From Pseudomonadota bacterium (lineage in GTDB: Bacteria > Pseudomonadota > Gammaproteobacteria > Poriferisulfidales > JAYYZZ01): 64,000 nt of DNA. The stretch is from the NCBI GenBank assembly GCA_036687665.1, contig JAYYZZ010000004.1:22330-86329 (forward strand). Direction: 5' to 3'. The position numbers were made by a program, and so were the translations under genes. Shown here piece by piece: positions 14,727 through 24,360 of the stretch; the first letter of the stretch is position 1, and the number at the start of each line of letters is the position of its first letter. Below the pieces are notes generated by a model. That model had not been told where the DNA came from. It worked only from the letters and a program-made list of their open reading frames with translations, and did not search any database.

Positions 14727-15899
14727 TTGAAAAAAACAATACTAATCATACAAGGTTCTTTAGAAATTGGTGGCACAGAAGTTCACATGTCACGTATTTT
14801 GCCACATCTAGTTCAATCTGGATGGATTATCACAATTTTTCTTATTTCGTGCAGAGGCCCTTTAGCAAATAGATTAGAGCAAGATGGTATTAAATTAACT
14901 GGACCTGGAGCTAAACTCTATTCCTCATCTCCAAATTTCATTGCACGCGGAATAAAAATCGTTCAAACTTTTATACTGCTTACAATACATCTCATCAGAC
15001 ATAGACCTGCAATTGTTCATTCTTTTCTTCCTGAGGCGTATGTAATAGGTGGACTATGTGCGTGGTGGACAAGGTCTAAAACATTTATTATGAGTAGGCG
15101 CAGCTTAAACTACTACCAGAGGAGCCACCAGATACTGCATCAATTCGAGCTGTTACTACATTCACAAACGCGTTATTTCTTAGCTAATAGCAAAGCTGTT
15201 GAACTGGATTTACAAAACGAGGGGGCTGACTTAAATAGGATCAAGTGTATTTATAATGCAATTAACGTAAAGGATGTAGAAAAAAATATAAAAAAATATA
15301 ATAGATCTAGTGTCAGAGAAAAATATAATATTTCAGATAATTCTCTCGTCTTGCTGAAAGTAGCAAATCTTATTGCATACAAAGGTCATGTAGATTTATT
15401 AAATGTGTTGGCCACAATAGGAGAAGATCTACCTGAAGACTGGTGTTTAGTGTGCGCTGGTAGGGATGATGGGCTTTTGCCGCGTTTGCAATCAATAGCG
15501 ACTGAGAATCAGATTGCTCACCATATACACTGGCTTGGAGAAGTAGAAAATATATTCGAATTACTCGCTGCTGCAGATATTGCTTTGCTTTGCTCACACG
15601 AAGAAGGTTTCCCTAATGTTGTATTAGAATACATGGCTGCCGAATTGCCTGTCATTGCAAGTGACGCAGGTGGAGTTCCAGAAATAATTACTCATGATGT
15701 GAACGGGAAGATATTTCCAGTTCATAACTTAGGCCAGCTAGCATCATTTTTAACTGAATTATGTAATGATAGAGAACAGTGTATCGAGCTTGGACGTGCC
15801 GGCAAAGAAGAAGTAACTTCTGTATTTACTGAAGAAAAATGTGTAAATGAATATATAAAGATATATGAACAGTTGCTGGAAGAAAAAACACGCAAATAA
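14727..15899 (+). CDS. glycosyltransferase, GT4 (GT-B fold)
   Basis: 390 aa. N-terminal GSLEIGGTEVH and C-terminal EGFPNVVLEYMAAELPVIASDAGGVPEII. TTG start, needed to keep the N-terminal Gly-rich motif. Confidence 0.85.
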   Translation: MKKTILIIQGSLEIGGTEVHMSRILPHLVQSGWIITIFLISCRGPLANRLEQDGIKLTGPGAKLYSSSPNFIARGIKIVQTFILLTIHLIRHRPAIVHSFLPEAYVIGGLCAWWTRSKTFIMSRRSLNYYQRSHQILHQFELLLHSQTRYFLANSKAVELDLQNEGADLNRIKCIYNAINVKDVEKNIKKYNRSSVREKYNISDNSLVLLKVANLIAYKGHVDLLNVLATIGEDLPEDWCLVCAGRDDGLLPRLQSIATENQIAHHIHWLGEVENIFELLAAADIALLCSHEEGFPNVVLEYMAAELPVIASDAGGVPEIITHDVNGKIFPVHNLGQLASFLTELCNDREQCIELGRAGKEEVTSVFTEEKCVNEYIKIYEQLLEEKTRK

Positions 15900-15925
15900 A
15901 TATTTCATTGATGATAATTTAAAAT

Positions 15926-17875
15926 ATGTGCGGAATAACTGGCTACTTAAGCAAAAATAATAATTTGAGTCATGATCATCTAAGTCACGCAATAGAAAAC
16001 ATGACCCAATCATTAGCACACCGAGGGCCTGATAATCGCGGTGTCTGGGTAGATGCAAATGATCAAATTTGCCTCGGCCATAGCAGGTTAGCAATCATAG
16101 ACTTATCCGCAACTGGACATCAGCCTATGGTCTCGAGCTCTGGGAAGCTTGTCATAACTTATAACGGTGAAATTTATAATACCAAGGAATTACGGGATGA
16201 GTTGACGCAATTAGGACACCAATTTAAAGGTCATTCAGATACCGAAGTTATTCTTCAAGCTTGCCAAGCGTGGGGGGTCGAGGATACAGCTTCCAAGCTC
16301 ATTGGAATGTTTGTGTTTGCTGTGTGGAATACAGAAAAAAAAGAACTATCTTTAGTGCGAGATCGCCTGGGAATTAAGCCTATCTATTGGAGTTGCCCTG
16401 GCAAAAGTTTTTTATTTGGCTCAGAATTAAAAGCACTACGTTTAATTCATGAATGCCCTACAGAGATAGACAGAGATGCATTGTCTTTATATATGCGTCA
16501 TAACTACATCCCCACCCCTTATACGATATACAAAGATGTGCAGAAGCTAGAGCCCGGTTCTATTTTAACTTTTTCCTCAACGGGTGAAATCAAGATTCAA
16601 CAATATTGGTCATTGGAGCAAGTTGTTAGTGATACCGCAAAAGATCGTAGACAAAATGCGGATCCTACAGACAGTTGCAACGAACTTGAGCAGTTATTAT
16701 CAGATGCGGTAAGCAGGCGCATGGTCTCAGATGTTCCTTTGGGAGCTTTTTTATCTGGAGGCATTGATTCTTCTTTAGTAACAGCCTTAATGCAATCTAA
16801 TAGCAACACCCCTGTCAAAACATTTTCAATTGGTTTTCACGAACAGGGTTATGATGAGGCACTATATGCAAAGAAAGTCGCTGCCCATCTAGGAACAAAC
16901 CATACAGAATTATATGTCACACCTGAAGATGCTTTGAATGTTGTGCCAAGCTTAGCTCACATGTACGATGAACCGTTTTCAGATTCATCACAAATACCTA
17001 CATTTCTTATTTCAAAGTTGACACGCGAACATGTAACTGTAGCGTTATCTGGAGATGGCGGAGATGAAGTTTTTGCTGGTTATAACAGATATTTTTTAAC
17101 TCAAAAAATACAGCGGCTACTAAAGGTTATGCCTGGGTTTAGTAAAGAATTATTTTCAAAGCTAATCATGTCTGTGCCCCCAGCTAAATGGACATCATTA
17201 TTTTCAGTTTTACCTGCTTCTATGCAACTTCCGCAAACAGGAGACAAGTTTCATAAGTTAGCTCGTCTCTTAACACTAGAAGAAGAAGAGTTGTATCATG
17301 AACTTATTAGCCATTGGGATGACACAGAGTCATTAGTACTTGGATCAAAAGAGCCACGTAAAAAATACATAGATAGTAACTTAGCTCTTACCAATACAGA
17401 AAAAATGCAATACATAGATACTCTTACTTATCTGCCCGATGACATACTAGCTAAGGTCGATAGGGCTAGCATGTCTGTTTCTCTTGAAGTCAGAGTACCT
17501 TTGTTAGATCACAGAGTATTAGAATTTGCATGGGGGATGAATGAAAACATGAAAATAAGAAATAAATCAGGCAAATGGGCCCTCAAAGAAATACTTAAAA
17601 AATATATACCACAAGAATTAACTGATAGACCAAAAATGGGATTTGGTGTGCCGATTGATAGCTGGTTAAGAGGACCTCTGAGAACGTGGGCAGAAGATTT
17701 ATTAAATTATAACTCGATCAGAGAGCAGGGTTATCTAAATGCAGATATGGTAAAACATAAGTGGGAAGAACATATTTCTGGAAAAAGAAATTGGCAGTAT
17801 CATCTGTGGGATGTATTGATGTTTCAATCTTGGCTTAACGAATGGCACAAGCCTAAAAACATGAAAAATTACTGA
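15926..17875 (+). CDS. asparagine synthase family glutamine amidotransferase (AsnB/WbpS-like)
   Basis: 649 aa. Ntn nucleophile MCGITGY and PP-loop SGGIDSS. Such proteins are common in O-antigen/capsule loci as amidotransferases. Confidence 0.9.
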   Translation: MCGITGYLSKNNNLSHDHLSHAIENMTQSLAHRGPDNRGVWVDANDQICLGHSRLAIIDLSATGHQPMVSSSGKLVITYNGEIYNTKELRDELTQLGHQFKGHSDTEVILQACQAWGVEDTASKLIGMFVFAVWNTEKKELSLVRDRLGIKPIYWSCPGKSFLFGSELKALRLIHECPTEIDRDALSLYMRHNYIPTPYTIYKDVQKLEPGSILTFSSTGEIKIQQYWSLEQVVSDTAKDRRQNADPTDSCNELEQLLSDAVSRRMVSDVPLGAFLSGGIDSSLVTALMQSNSNTPVKTFSIGFHEQGYDEALYAKKVAAHLGTNHTELYVTPEDALNVVPSLAHMYDEPFSDSSQIPTFLISKLTREHVTVALSGDGGDEVFAGYNRYFLTQKIQRLLKVMPGFSKELFSKLIMSVPPAKWTSLFSVLPASMQLPQTGDKFHKLARLLTLEEEELYHELISHWDDTESLVLGSKEPRKKYIDSNLALTNTEKMQYIDTLTYLPDDILAKVDRASMSVSLEVRVPLLDHRVLEFAWGMNENMKIRNKSGKWALKEILKKYIPQELTDRPKMGFGVPIDSWLRGPLRTWAEDLLNYNSIREQGYLNADMVKHKWEEHISGKRNWQYHLWDVLMFQSWLNEWHKPKNMKNY

Positions 17876-17940
17876 ATTCAAGACTTATAATTTTCTCAGT
17901 TACCTATATACTTACGCCTTATTTTTAACAAATATTCCGC

Positions 17941-18768
17941 ATGTCTTTATTAATTGAAAACACCGAAGAAAGAAGTTTATACACACCTTTCAGAGCAGAT
18001 TTTTTGCAAGGTGTTACGAGTTGGCGTTTATGGTTATTCCTGGGTGTGTATGAGGTTAGACGCCGCTATAGACGTACAATCATAGGACCATTTTGGAATA
18101 CCATTAGTTTAGCTGTTTTTGTTTTTGTTGTGGGTTGGATTGGCGCTGGCCTATGGAGAGAGGATGTCGGGGAGTATATGATTTTTCTTTGCAGTGGCAT
18201 GCTTGTATGGTTTCTAGTAGCACCAATTATGAATGAGTCAACAGGGATATTTATTGACAACGAAAGTGTAATTACTAATTACAAAATAGAAGCAACTCTT
18301 CTTGCTGTCGTATGCGTAGTTAGAAATCTTTTTGTGTTTGCACATAATTTTTTGTTGTACGTAGCTTTTTGTTTGTTTTTTGGTTTTATGCCAGCATTTC
18401 CAGAAGTTTTATTGTTTATTCCTGGGCTAGTAGTTCTTGCTATCAACGGCATATGGGTTTCATTATTGATAGGTCTTCTTTGTACTCGATTTAGAGACAT
18501 TAAACAAATCATCACACTCTTTACTTCCATTGCAATGTTTATCACACCTATTTTTTGGACAGCAAGCAAGCTTGAGAGCACTCAACACACAGTATTTGTA
18601 ATGGGGAACCCACTGTATCATTTGTTGGAGATTGTGAGAGCACCTTTATTAGGAACTGTGCCGTCAGTAGAAAATTATCTTGCTGTATTGCTAATTACAG
18701 CGGGCGGCTTTTTACTAACGTTTGCTTTGTATAAAAGTAAATATCATAGACTTGTTTTTTGGTTATAG
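17941..18768 (+). CDS. ABC-2 type polysaccharide export permease (Wzm/KpsM/TagG-like)
   Basis: 275 aa, about 6 predicted TM segments, immediately upstream of a matching ATPase. Confidence 0.8.
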   Translation: MSLLIENTEERSLYTPFRADFLQGVTSWRLWLFLGVYEVRRRYRRTIIGPFWNTISLAVFVFVVGWIGAGLWREDVGEYMIFLCSGMLVWFLVAPIMNESTGIFIDNESVITNYKIEATLLAVVCVVRNLFVFAHNFLLYVAFCLFFGFMPAFPEVLLFIPGLVVLAINGIWVSLLIGLLCTRFRDIKQIITLFTSIAMFITPIFWTASKLESTQHTVFVMGNPLYHLLEIVRAPLLGTVPSVENYLAVLLITAGGFLLTFALYKSKYHRLVFWL

Positions 18769-18778
18769 AAAAGAAATT

Positions 18779-19558
18779 ATGGCAACTTTAAAACTTCAAA
18801 ATGTTTCGTTGGATTTTCCGCTATATGAAGTGAGCAAGAGCTTGCGCTCAATGTTTTTAGCTAAATATTCAAATTCTAAGGTTAAACGCAACACTGGTGG
18901 TGAAATTGACTGGGAATCTAAGACAACAAAAAAGACCGTTGTTCATGCTTTAAAAAATATTGATTTATCTTTAACCGACGGAGATCGTGTTGCAATTATC
19001 GGTCACAACGGTGCAGGTAAAACAACAATGTTAAAAGTTATGGCGGGTATTTACTGGCCAACACGAGGTGATGTTAGGGCTCAGGGTTCGATTCTCCCAA
19101 TGTTTGGTGTTGTGCCGGGACTTTCTCCTGAAGACAACGGCTATGAAAATATACAAAGCTATTCAATGTTTTTTCGCTTGACCCCTGAACGGATAACTGA
19201 AGTAACCAACAATGTTGAGGAAACTTGTGGTCTTGGTGAATATTTATCCCTACCAGTGAGGACTTATTCATCAGGAATGCAGATGCGCCTTGCATTCTCA
19301 TTAATGATGGCATTAGAAGGGGATATTATGCTTTTGGATGAAGAGCTCGCAACAGGAGATACTGAATTTCATAAACAAGCACATAAATCTTTTATAGATA
19401 AAGTGCAAACTACGAAAATAGTTGTATTAGCGACGCATTCACAAGACGCTGCTGAGCGTCTTTGTAAAAAAGCTATGCTTATAGAAGCCGGTGAAATAGT
19501 CGAGTATGATTCTATTGAAACAGTGTTTAACGTTTATTCCAAAAGAGCTAAGGCATGA
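18779..19558 (+). CDS. polysaccharide ABC exporter ATP-binding protein (short Wzt/KpsT/TagH-like)
   Basis: Start moved to the ATG at 18779. Walker A GHNGAGKTT, signature SSGMQMRL, Walker B IMLLDE. About 260 aa, so there is no C-terminal carbohydrate-binding extension. Confidence 0.88.
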   Translation: MATLKLQNVSLDFPLYEVSKSLRSMFLAKYSNSKVKRNTGGEIDWESKTTKKTVVHALKNIDLSLTDGDRVAIIGHNGAGKTTMLKVMAGIYWPTRGDVRAQGSILPMFGVVPGLSPEDNGYENIQSYSMFFRLTPERITEVTNNVEETCGLGEYLSLPVRTYSSGMQMRLAFSLMMALEGDIMLLDEELATGDTEFHKQAHKSFIDKVQTTKIVVLATHSQDAAERLCKKAMLIEAGEIVEYDSIETVFNVYSKRAKA

Positions 19559-19989
19559 GCAAAGGACAAATAGCACATGAATCAGTAGCCGATTCTAAAG
19601 TTGAATTAAAAGCTTCCGACCGGTCTTTTGGATACTTGTTTACAGTTGTTTTTGCAGCAATTGGGGTGTACGGCTTTTGGCGAGGTTCCGAGATAAGTTA
19701 TTATTTTTTTGCAGTAGCTATATTATTTTTGTCTCTTGCGATAATTTATCCACAGTGCCTGAGGCCACTTAACAAGGCATGGTTTTTATTCGGGCTTTTA
19801 CTGCACAAAATAGTTAACCCTCTGATTTTGGGGCTATTATTTTATGTTACTATATTACCTGCAGGTATCATTATGCGATTGCTTGGGAAAGATTTACTTA
19901 ATTTAAAATATGACAAGGATGCAAAATCTTATTGGATCGACCGCGAACCCCCAGGACCTAAACCAGACTCAATCAAAAATCAGTTTTAG
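19555..19989 (+). CDS. SxtJ-like small membrane protein
   Basis: 144 aa, 3-4 hydrophobic helices. C-terminal pattern RLLGKDLLNLKYDKDAKSYWIDRE....KNQF recalls the SxtJ family. ATGA overlap with the upstream ATPase. Followed by DUF5989 and a carbamoyltransferase. Confidence 0.6.
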   Translation: MSKGQIAHESVADSKVELKASDRSFGYLFTVVFAAIGVYGFWRGSEISYYFFAVAILFLSLAIIYPQCLRPLNKAWFLFGLLLHKIVNPLILGLLFYVTILPAGIIMRLLGKDLLNLKYDKDAKSYWIDREPPGPKPDSIKNQF

Positions 19990-20000
19990 GATGCAATAAT

Positions 20001-20150
20001 ATGTCTTTTTTATGTGAATTATGGGCTTTTCTTAGTGCTAGAAAAAAATATTGGTTATTGCCAATAATAATTCTCGCTGTCTTATTTGGTGGGTTACTTG
20101 TGCTTGCACAAGGTTCTGCAGTCGCTCCCTTTATTTATACAATTTTTTAA
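20001..20150 (+). CDS. DUF5989 (SxtK-like) small membrane protein; not in the ORF track
   Basis: My own translation: MSFLCELWAFLSARKKYWLLPIIILAVLFGGLLVLAQGSAVAPFIYTIF (49 aa). This is the characteristic RKK.WLLP...GS..APFIYT.F pattern of the family usually found beside NodU/CmcH carbamoyltransferases. Confidence 0.7.
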   Translation: MSFLCELWAFLSARKKYWLLPIIILAVLFGGLLVLAQGSAVAPFIYTIF

Positions 20151-20167
20151 AGATAAGGAGCAGATAG

Positions 20168-22009
20168 TTGCATATATTAGGAGTTTCTGCGTTCTATCAT
20201 GATAGCGCTGCAGCAATATTGCATGATGGTGAAATCATCGCAGCTGCCCAAGAAGAACGATTCACTCGAAAAAAGCATGACCCAAGCTTTCCTGAGCATG
20301 CCGTCGCTTTTTGTTTGCAAGAGGCGAATGTTTCTATTGATGATGTTGATCATATAGTTTTTTTTGATAAACCCTTTTTAAAATTCGAACGTCTGCTGGA
20401 AACTTACGTGGCTTTTACTCCTAGAGGTTTTAAATCTTTTAAAATGGCAATGCCAATTTGGTTGCGTCAAAAGCTTTTTCAAAAATCTTTGTTAGTAGAT
20501 ACATTCCACAAATATGGAAGCAATAAAGATGATCTGTTTGCAAAGCTATTGTTTTCTGAACACCATTTGAGTCACGCTGCTAGTGCGTTTTACCCTTCAC
20601 CTTACGAAGAAGCTGCCATCCTTACTATGGATGGTGTCGGGGAATGGGCAACTGCTTCTGCAGCAATTGGGGTTGGCAATACATTAGATATTATTAAAGA
20701 AATTCATTTCCCGCACTCTTTAGGCTTACTGTATTCAGCGTTTACATATTACATAGGGTTTAGGGTAAATTCTGGAGAGTATAAAGTAATGGGTTTAGCG
20801 CCATACGGAGTACCACGTTATACAGATTTAATTTACGATAATCTAATTGATATTAAAGATGACGGATCATTTCGTCTAAATCTATCTTTTTTTGATTATT
20901 GCACAGGCCTTACCATGACAAACAAAAAGTTTGATGATCTGTTTGGCGCACCACCACGTAAGCCTGAGGACTTACTTACACAAAAACATATGGATATAGC
21001 TGCATCTATTCAGGTTGTTACTGAAGACATTATGTTGCGTTTAGCAGCATCATTAAGAAAAGAAACTGGAATGCGCAATTTATGTCTAGCTGGAGGTGTT
21101 GCATTAAACTGTGTTGGTAATGGGAAAATTTTAAAGGAAAATATTTTTGATTCAATTTGGATACAGCCTGCCGCAGGTGATGCAGGTGGTTCTTTGGGTG
21201 CTGCATTATATGCACATCATGCGCTATTAAATAAACCAAGAAAAAAACTCAATGGAAGCAGAGATCAAATGAATGGTGCATATCTGGGGCCTTCATATAC
21301 AAATGCTGAAATTGAACAGGAACTAAAAGAAAGTGGCGCTGTTTACCACCATTTATTGGACGATGAGTTAATAACAGTAACAGCCCAAGCATTGGCAGAT
21401 GAGAAAGCTGTTGGTTGGTTTCAGGGGAAGATGGAGTTTGGACCACGCGCATTGGGTGGACGTTCTATACTGGGCGACCCACGTTCTCCAAGTATGCAAA
21501 AAACTCTTAACCTAAAAGTAAAGTATAGAGAAAGTTTTCGGCCATTCGCGCCCTCAGTTTTAAGCGAAGACCTCTCTGATTGGTTTGAGCTAGCTGCACA
21601 CTCTCCTTATATGCTATTAGTTTCTGATGTGCATAAAAAACATCAGCGACAAATGACAGAGGAAGAAAAGGGTTTATTTGGTATTGAGAAGCTTAATGTC
21701 CCAAGGTCAAATATCCCTGCAGTGACACATGTAGATTATTCAGCACGCATACAAACAGTCCACAGCGATACCAACCCAAGATATCATATGCTTATCAACA
21801 AATTTAAGGAAATAACTGGCTGTCCAGTTTTGGTGAATACTAGCTTCAATGTGCGCGGAGAGCCTATTGTTTGTACTCCTACCGATGCTTTTAAGTGTTT
21901 TATGGGAACTGAGATGGAAGTGCTAGCCATTGGCAATTGTATATTGTATAAAGAAGAGCAAGATAAGTCACTTGCATTAGATTATAAATCTGAATTTGAA
22001 TTAGACTAA
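20168..22009 (+). CDS. carbamoyltransferase (NodU/CmcH/SxtI family)
   Basis: 613 aa. N-terminus ILGVSAFYHDSAAAILHDGEIIAAAQEERFTRKKHD. C-terminal VLVNTSFNVRGEPIVCTP. TTG start with AAGGAG 7 nt upstream. Confidence 0.92.
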   Translation: MHILGVSAFYHDSAAAILHDGEIIAAAQEERFTRKKHDPSFPEHAVAFCLQEANVSIDDVDHIVFFDKPFLKFERLLETYVAFTPRGFKSFKMAMPIWLRQKLFQKSLLVDTFHKYGSNKDDLFAKLLFSEHHLSHAASAFYPSPYEEAAILTMDGVGEWATASAAIGVGNTLDIIKEIHFPHSLGLLYSAFTYYIGFRVNSGEYKVMGLAPYGVPRYTDLIYDNLIDIKDDGSFRLNLSFFDYCTGLTMTNKKFDDLFGAPPRKPEDLLTQKHMDIAASIQVVTEDIMLRLAASLRKETGMRNLCLAGGVALNCVGNGKILKENIFDSIWIQPAAGDAGGSLGAALYAHHALLNKPRKKLNGSRDQMNGAYLGPSYTNAEIEQELKESGAVYHHLLDDELITVTAQALADEKAVGWFQGKMEFGPRALGGRSILGDPRSPSMQKTLNLKVKYRESFRPFAPSVLSEDLSDWFELAAHSPYMLLVSDVHKKHQRQMTEEEKGLFGIEKLNVPRSNIPAVTHVDYSARIQTVHSDTNPRYHMLINKFKEITGCPVLVNTSFNVRGEPIVCTPTDAFKCFMGTEMEVLAIGNCILYKEEQDKSLALDYKSEFELD

Positions 22010-22021
22010 ACTGGTTAATTT

Positions 22022-23164
22022 ATGACAACTAATAAAATATTAACAGTAGAGGAATATAATCAAGCGGAGAAACACGCTCTTCGTGATGTGCCAAATAGAA
22101 TTATAGAAATCACACAGCCAGAGGCATTCCAGTTTACAGGTTATCCGTCAAGAATAGATGATATTTCTGCTTTATCAAGATACGTTGAGGTTATGCACGA
22201 AGGTAAAATTGAATATATATGGAAGAATTATTTGCTTGAATACATAACGAAAGAAGAACATGAATTAATTAAAGACATTGCAGAGCAAACATTTTCGATG
22301 TCAAGCAGCTTGTTTTCAAAAGGATCAGTACCCACATCAAATCTACTATTAGCATTGAGTATTTATCGGCAAATTAAGTTTATTTTTCCTGAATGCAAAC
22401 AGACTATTTTTGAAATCGGAGGTGGGTGCGGATACTTGGGTGCTCTGCTTGCATCAGCGGGATATAAAGTTATTTCTATGGATATCACCCAAGTTTTTTA
22501 TTTATACCAAAGTTGCCTATACCGCACCATATTCAAGGATAAATTTGTTGAGCTAGTTAATAACAAAGATAGCGCTGCAAATGGTGATGGCGCATCTATA
22601 ACCCATGTGCCGTGGTGGGACTTTTACACTCCAAACCAAGAATATTCATATGTAGCGGATGCAATCACATGCAATCATTGTTTATGTGAGATGCACCCAT
22701 GGGCTTTACAGTATGTAATTAGCGCCGGCAAGAAGCTGATTGCGAAATCAACCGAAGATAAAGCATGCTTTGTATTTCAAGCTTATGGTTCTCCTGTAAA
22801 GAGATCAGCTGAATGGGCGTGCATGTCTTTTTACCATAGAGATTTTAAGATATTACACAATGATCCTTGCGTATCAGTATATGCAGACGAGCATGGCCCA
22901 TCAGCAGCCGGTCACTGCGTTTTGCCAGATTCCCCTGAGCTTGTGCAAATACAAGATGCTTACAAACCACCAGTTTTTTCAAATAACGATAATCCAATTT
23001 CTCAATTGATATGTGAGGGACGCGATTTTCATAAAACAAAATCAACAGGTTCCAATGTAGATTTGCCTGCGGTATTAAGATCGCTTTACAAAATTGCTGG
23101 CAATGACGATCTCAGAACGGATGACGAGAAGTTTTTTGATGCTGCTGATGTTGGCTTGTTCTAA
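22022..23164 (+). CDS. putative class I SAM-dependent methyltransferase-like protein (unassigned family; paralog of 37930-39057)
   Basis: 380 aa. Motif-I-like IFEIGGGCGYLGALLASAGYKVISMDI. Shares PNRIIE, SAL.RYV.VMHEG, HVPWW.FY, TCNH.L.EMHP and DDEKFF with the paralog. Confidence 0.5.
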   Translation: MTTNKILTVEEYNQAEKHALRDVPNRIIEITQPEAFQFTGYPSRIDDISALSRYVEVMHEGKIEYIWKNYLLEYITKEEHELIKDIAEQTFSMSSSLFSKGSVPTSNLLLALSIYRQIKFIFPECKQTIFEIGGGCGYLGALLASAGYKVISMDITQVFYLYQSCLYRTIFKDKFVELVNNKDSAANGDGASITHVPWWDFYTPNQEYSYVADAITCNHCLCEMHPWALQYVISAGKKLIAKSTEDKACFVFQAYGSPVKRSAEWACMSFYHRDFKILHNDPCVSVYADEHGPSAAGHCVLPDSPELVQIQDAYKPPVFSNNDNPISQLICEGRDFHKTKSTGSNVDLPAVLRSLYKIAGNDDLRTDDEKFFDAADVGLF

Positions 23165-23175
23165 TTTAAAATTTT

Positions 23176-24297
23176 TTAACTTTTATCTGAAAATTGCTGG
23201 GATAAGTCTGCAATCTTTGCGTGAGGAATAAATACTAGCATAACCATATAACAGCCTATACACAGGGCTTTCATTAGACTATCTATAAAGGATAGCAAAC
23301 TCCTTTTTGTTGTATACCAAATTTCAAAAATGAATGATTTATTATGTTCTGCATCATTTACACCAAATTTAAAATCAGGTGAAGCTGTTTCGTCTCCTGG
23401 ATTGTAAAACGTCCCAAATATTTTGTCCCATACAACAAGCTGTGTTGAAAAATTTGAATCTTGGTGTTCTCTTTTAATTGAGTGATGTATTTGGTGGTAC
23501 TTTGGGGAGACTACGAGCCAGCGACCCACCCAACCAAAATCCCACTGCAAATTTGAATGAATAATATTTTGTTGGCATTGATTAATAATTGTGAATATCA
23601 TAAAAGTCTCAACAGGTGTGCCAAGTAATGCTAAAGGTATACCTGACACAACATTAGCCCAAAGCTCTTCTAAAGGGTTAATTCTGCCAACTGTGATTAC
23701 ATTGAGTTTATTTGCAGAATGGTGCACTGAGTGCTGATACCATAAAAAGTCAAATATATGTTGACAGCGGTGTGTCCAGTACACAAAAAAATCTCTTACA
23801 ATAAAATATATGCAAAACTGTGTGACCGGGTTTAATGTTTCTATTAACTTTAGATCGACTATTATCCTAAATGAGTGTGATGCGTTTGCAAATACAGCAT
23901 AGGTCAGCGTATAAAAAATAATATAACCAAAAGAAAACCAATTAAAAAATACGTGACAAAGAATATCTATTCGTGCGCTTGCACTAGGAGTAATGATAAG
24001 TCTGCGAATTGCACATTCTTTCCAGCCGTGCACTAAAAATTCTAAGAGCAAGACTGATATAGGAACAAGCGCAATAAAAATAGCTATGTCTTTTGTAAAT
24101 CTGCCAGGTACATGGCTTTGCAACATGCTAATAGGGTTTGGTGTTGATATACCTACAACAATCATGCCAAGCAATATTAGTGCTGCGATTGTAACTGCAC
24201 CAATCGCATTTTTCTTGTCTTCACTAGAATAAGTTCGTGACATAAATATTGCACGAACGAAATTTTCTGATATTTTTTGTATGTTTAGTATTTTCAA
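23176..24297 (-). CDS. fatty acid hydroxylase / sterol desaturase superfamily membrane di-iron enzyme
   Basis: 373 aa and polytopic. Histidine boxes HRCQH, HSVHH and HQIHH. Confidence 0.8.
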   Translation of the reverse strand: MKILNIQKISENFVRAIFMSRTYSSEDKKNAIGAVTIAALILLGMIVVGISTPNPISMLQSHVPGRFTKDIAIFIALVPISVLLLEFLVHGWKECAIRRLIITPSASARIDILCHVFFNWFSFGYIIFYTLTYAVFANASHSFRIIVDLKLIETLNPVTQFCIYFIVRDFFVYWTHRCQHIFDFLWYQHSVHHSANKLNVITVGRINPLEELWANVVSGIPLALLGTPVETFMIFTIINQCQQNIIHSNLQWDFGWVGRWLVVSPKYHQIHHSIKREHQDSNFSTQLVVWDKIFGTFYNPGDETASPDFKFGVNDAEHNKSFIFEIWYTTKRSLLSFIDSLMKALCIGCYMVMLVFIPHAKIADLSQQFSDKS

Positions 24298-24360
24298 GTG
24301 TGATGTGTATTGGATTCTATTTAATATACTTTACTATAATATCATTGAGATTATAATGCA

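Noticed and set aside
24298-24360. Two TATAAT hexamers (24335-24340, 24352-24357) in the divergent gap between the hydroxylase and the first SGNH operon, as promoters.
   Set aside because: TATAAT-like hexamers are frequent in AT-rich intergenic DNA. No convincing -35 element at 16-18 nt spacing was found (best is TTGGAT with a 19-nt spacer), so they are not listed as features.
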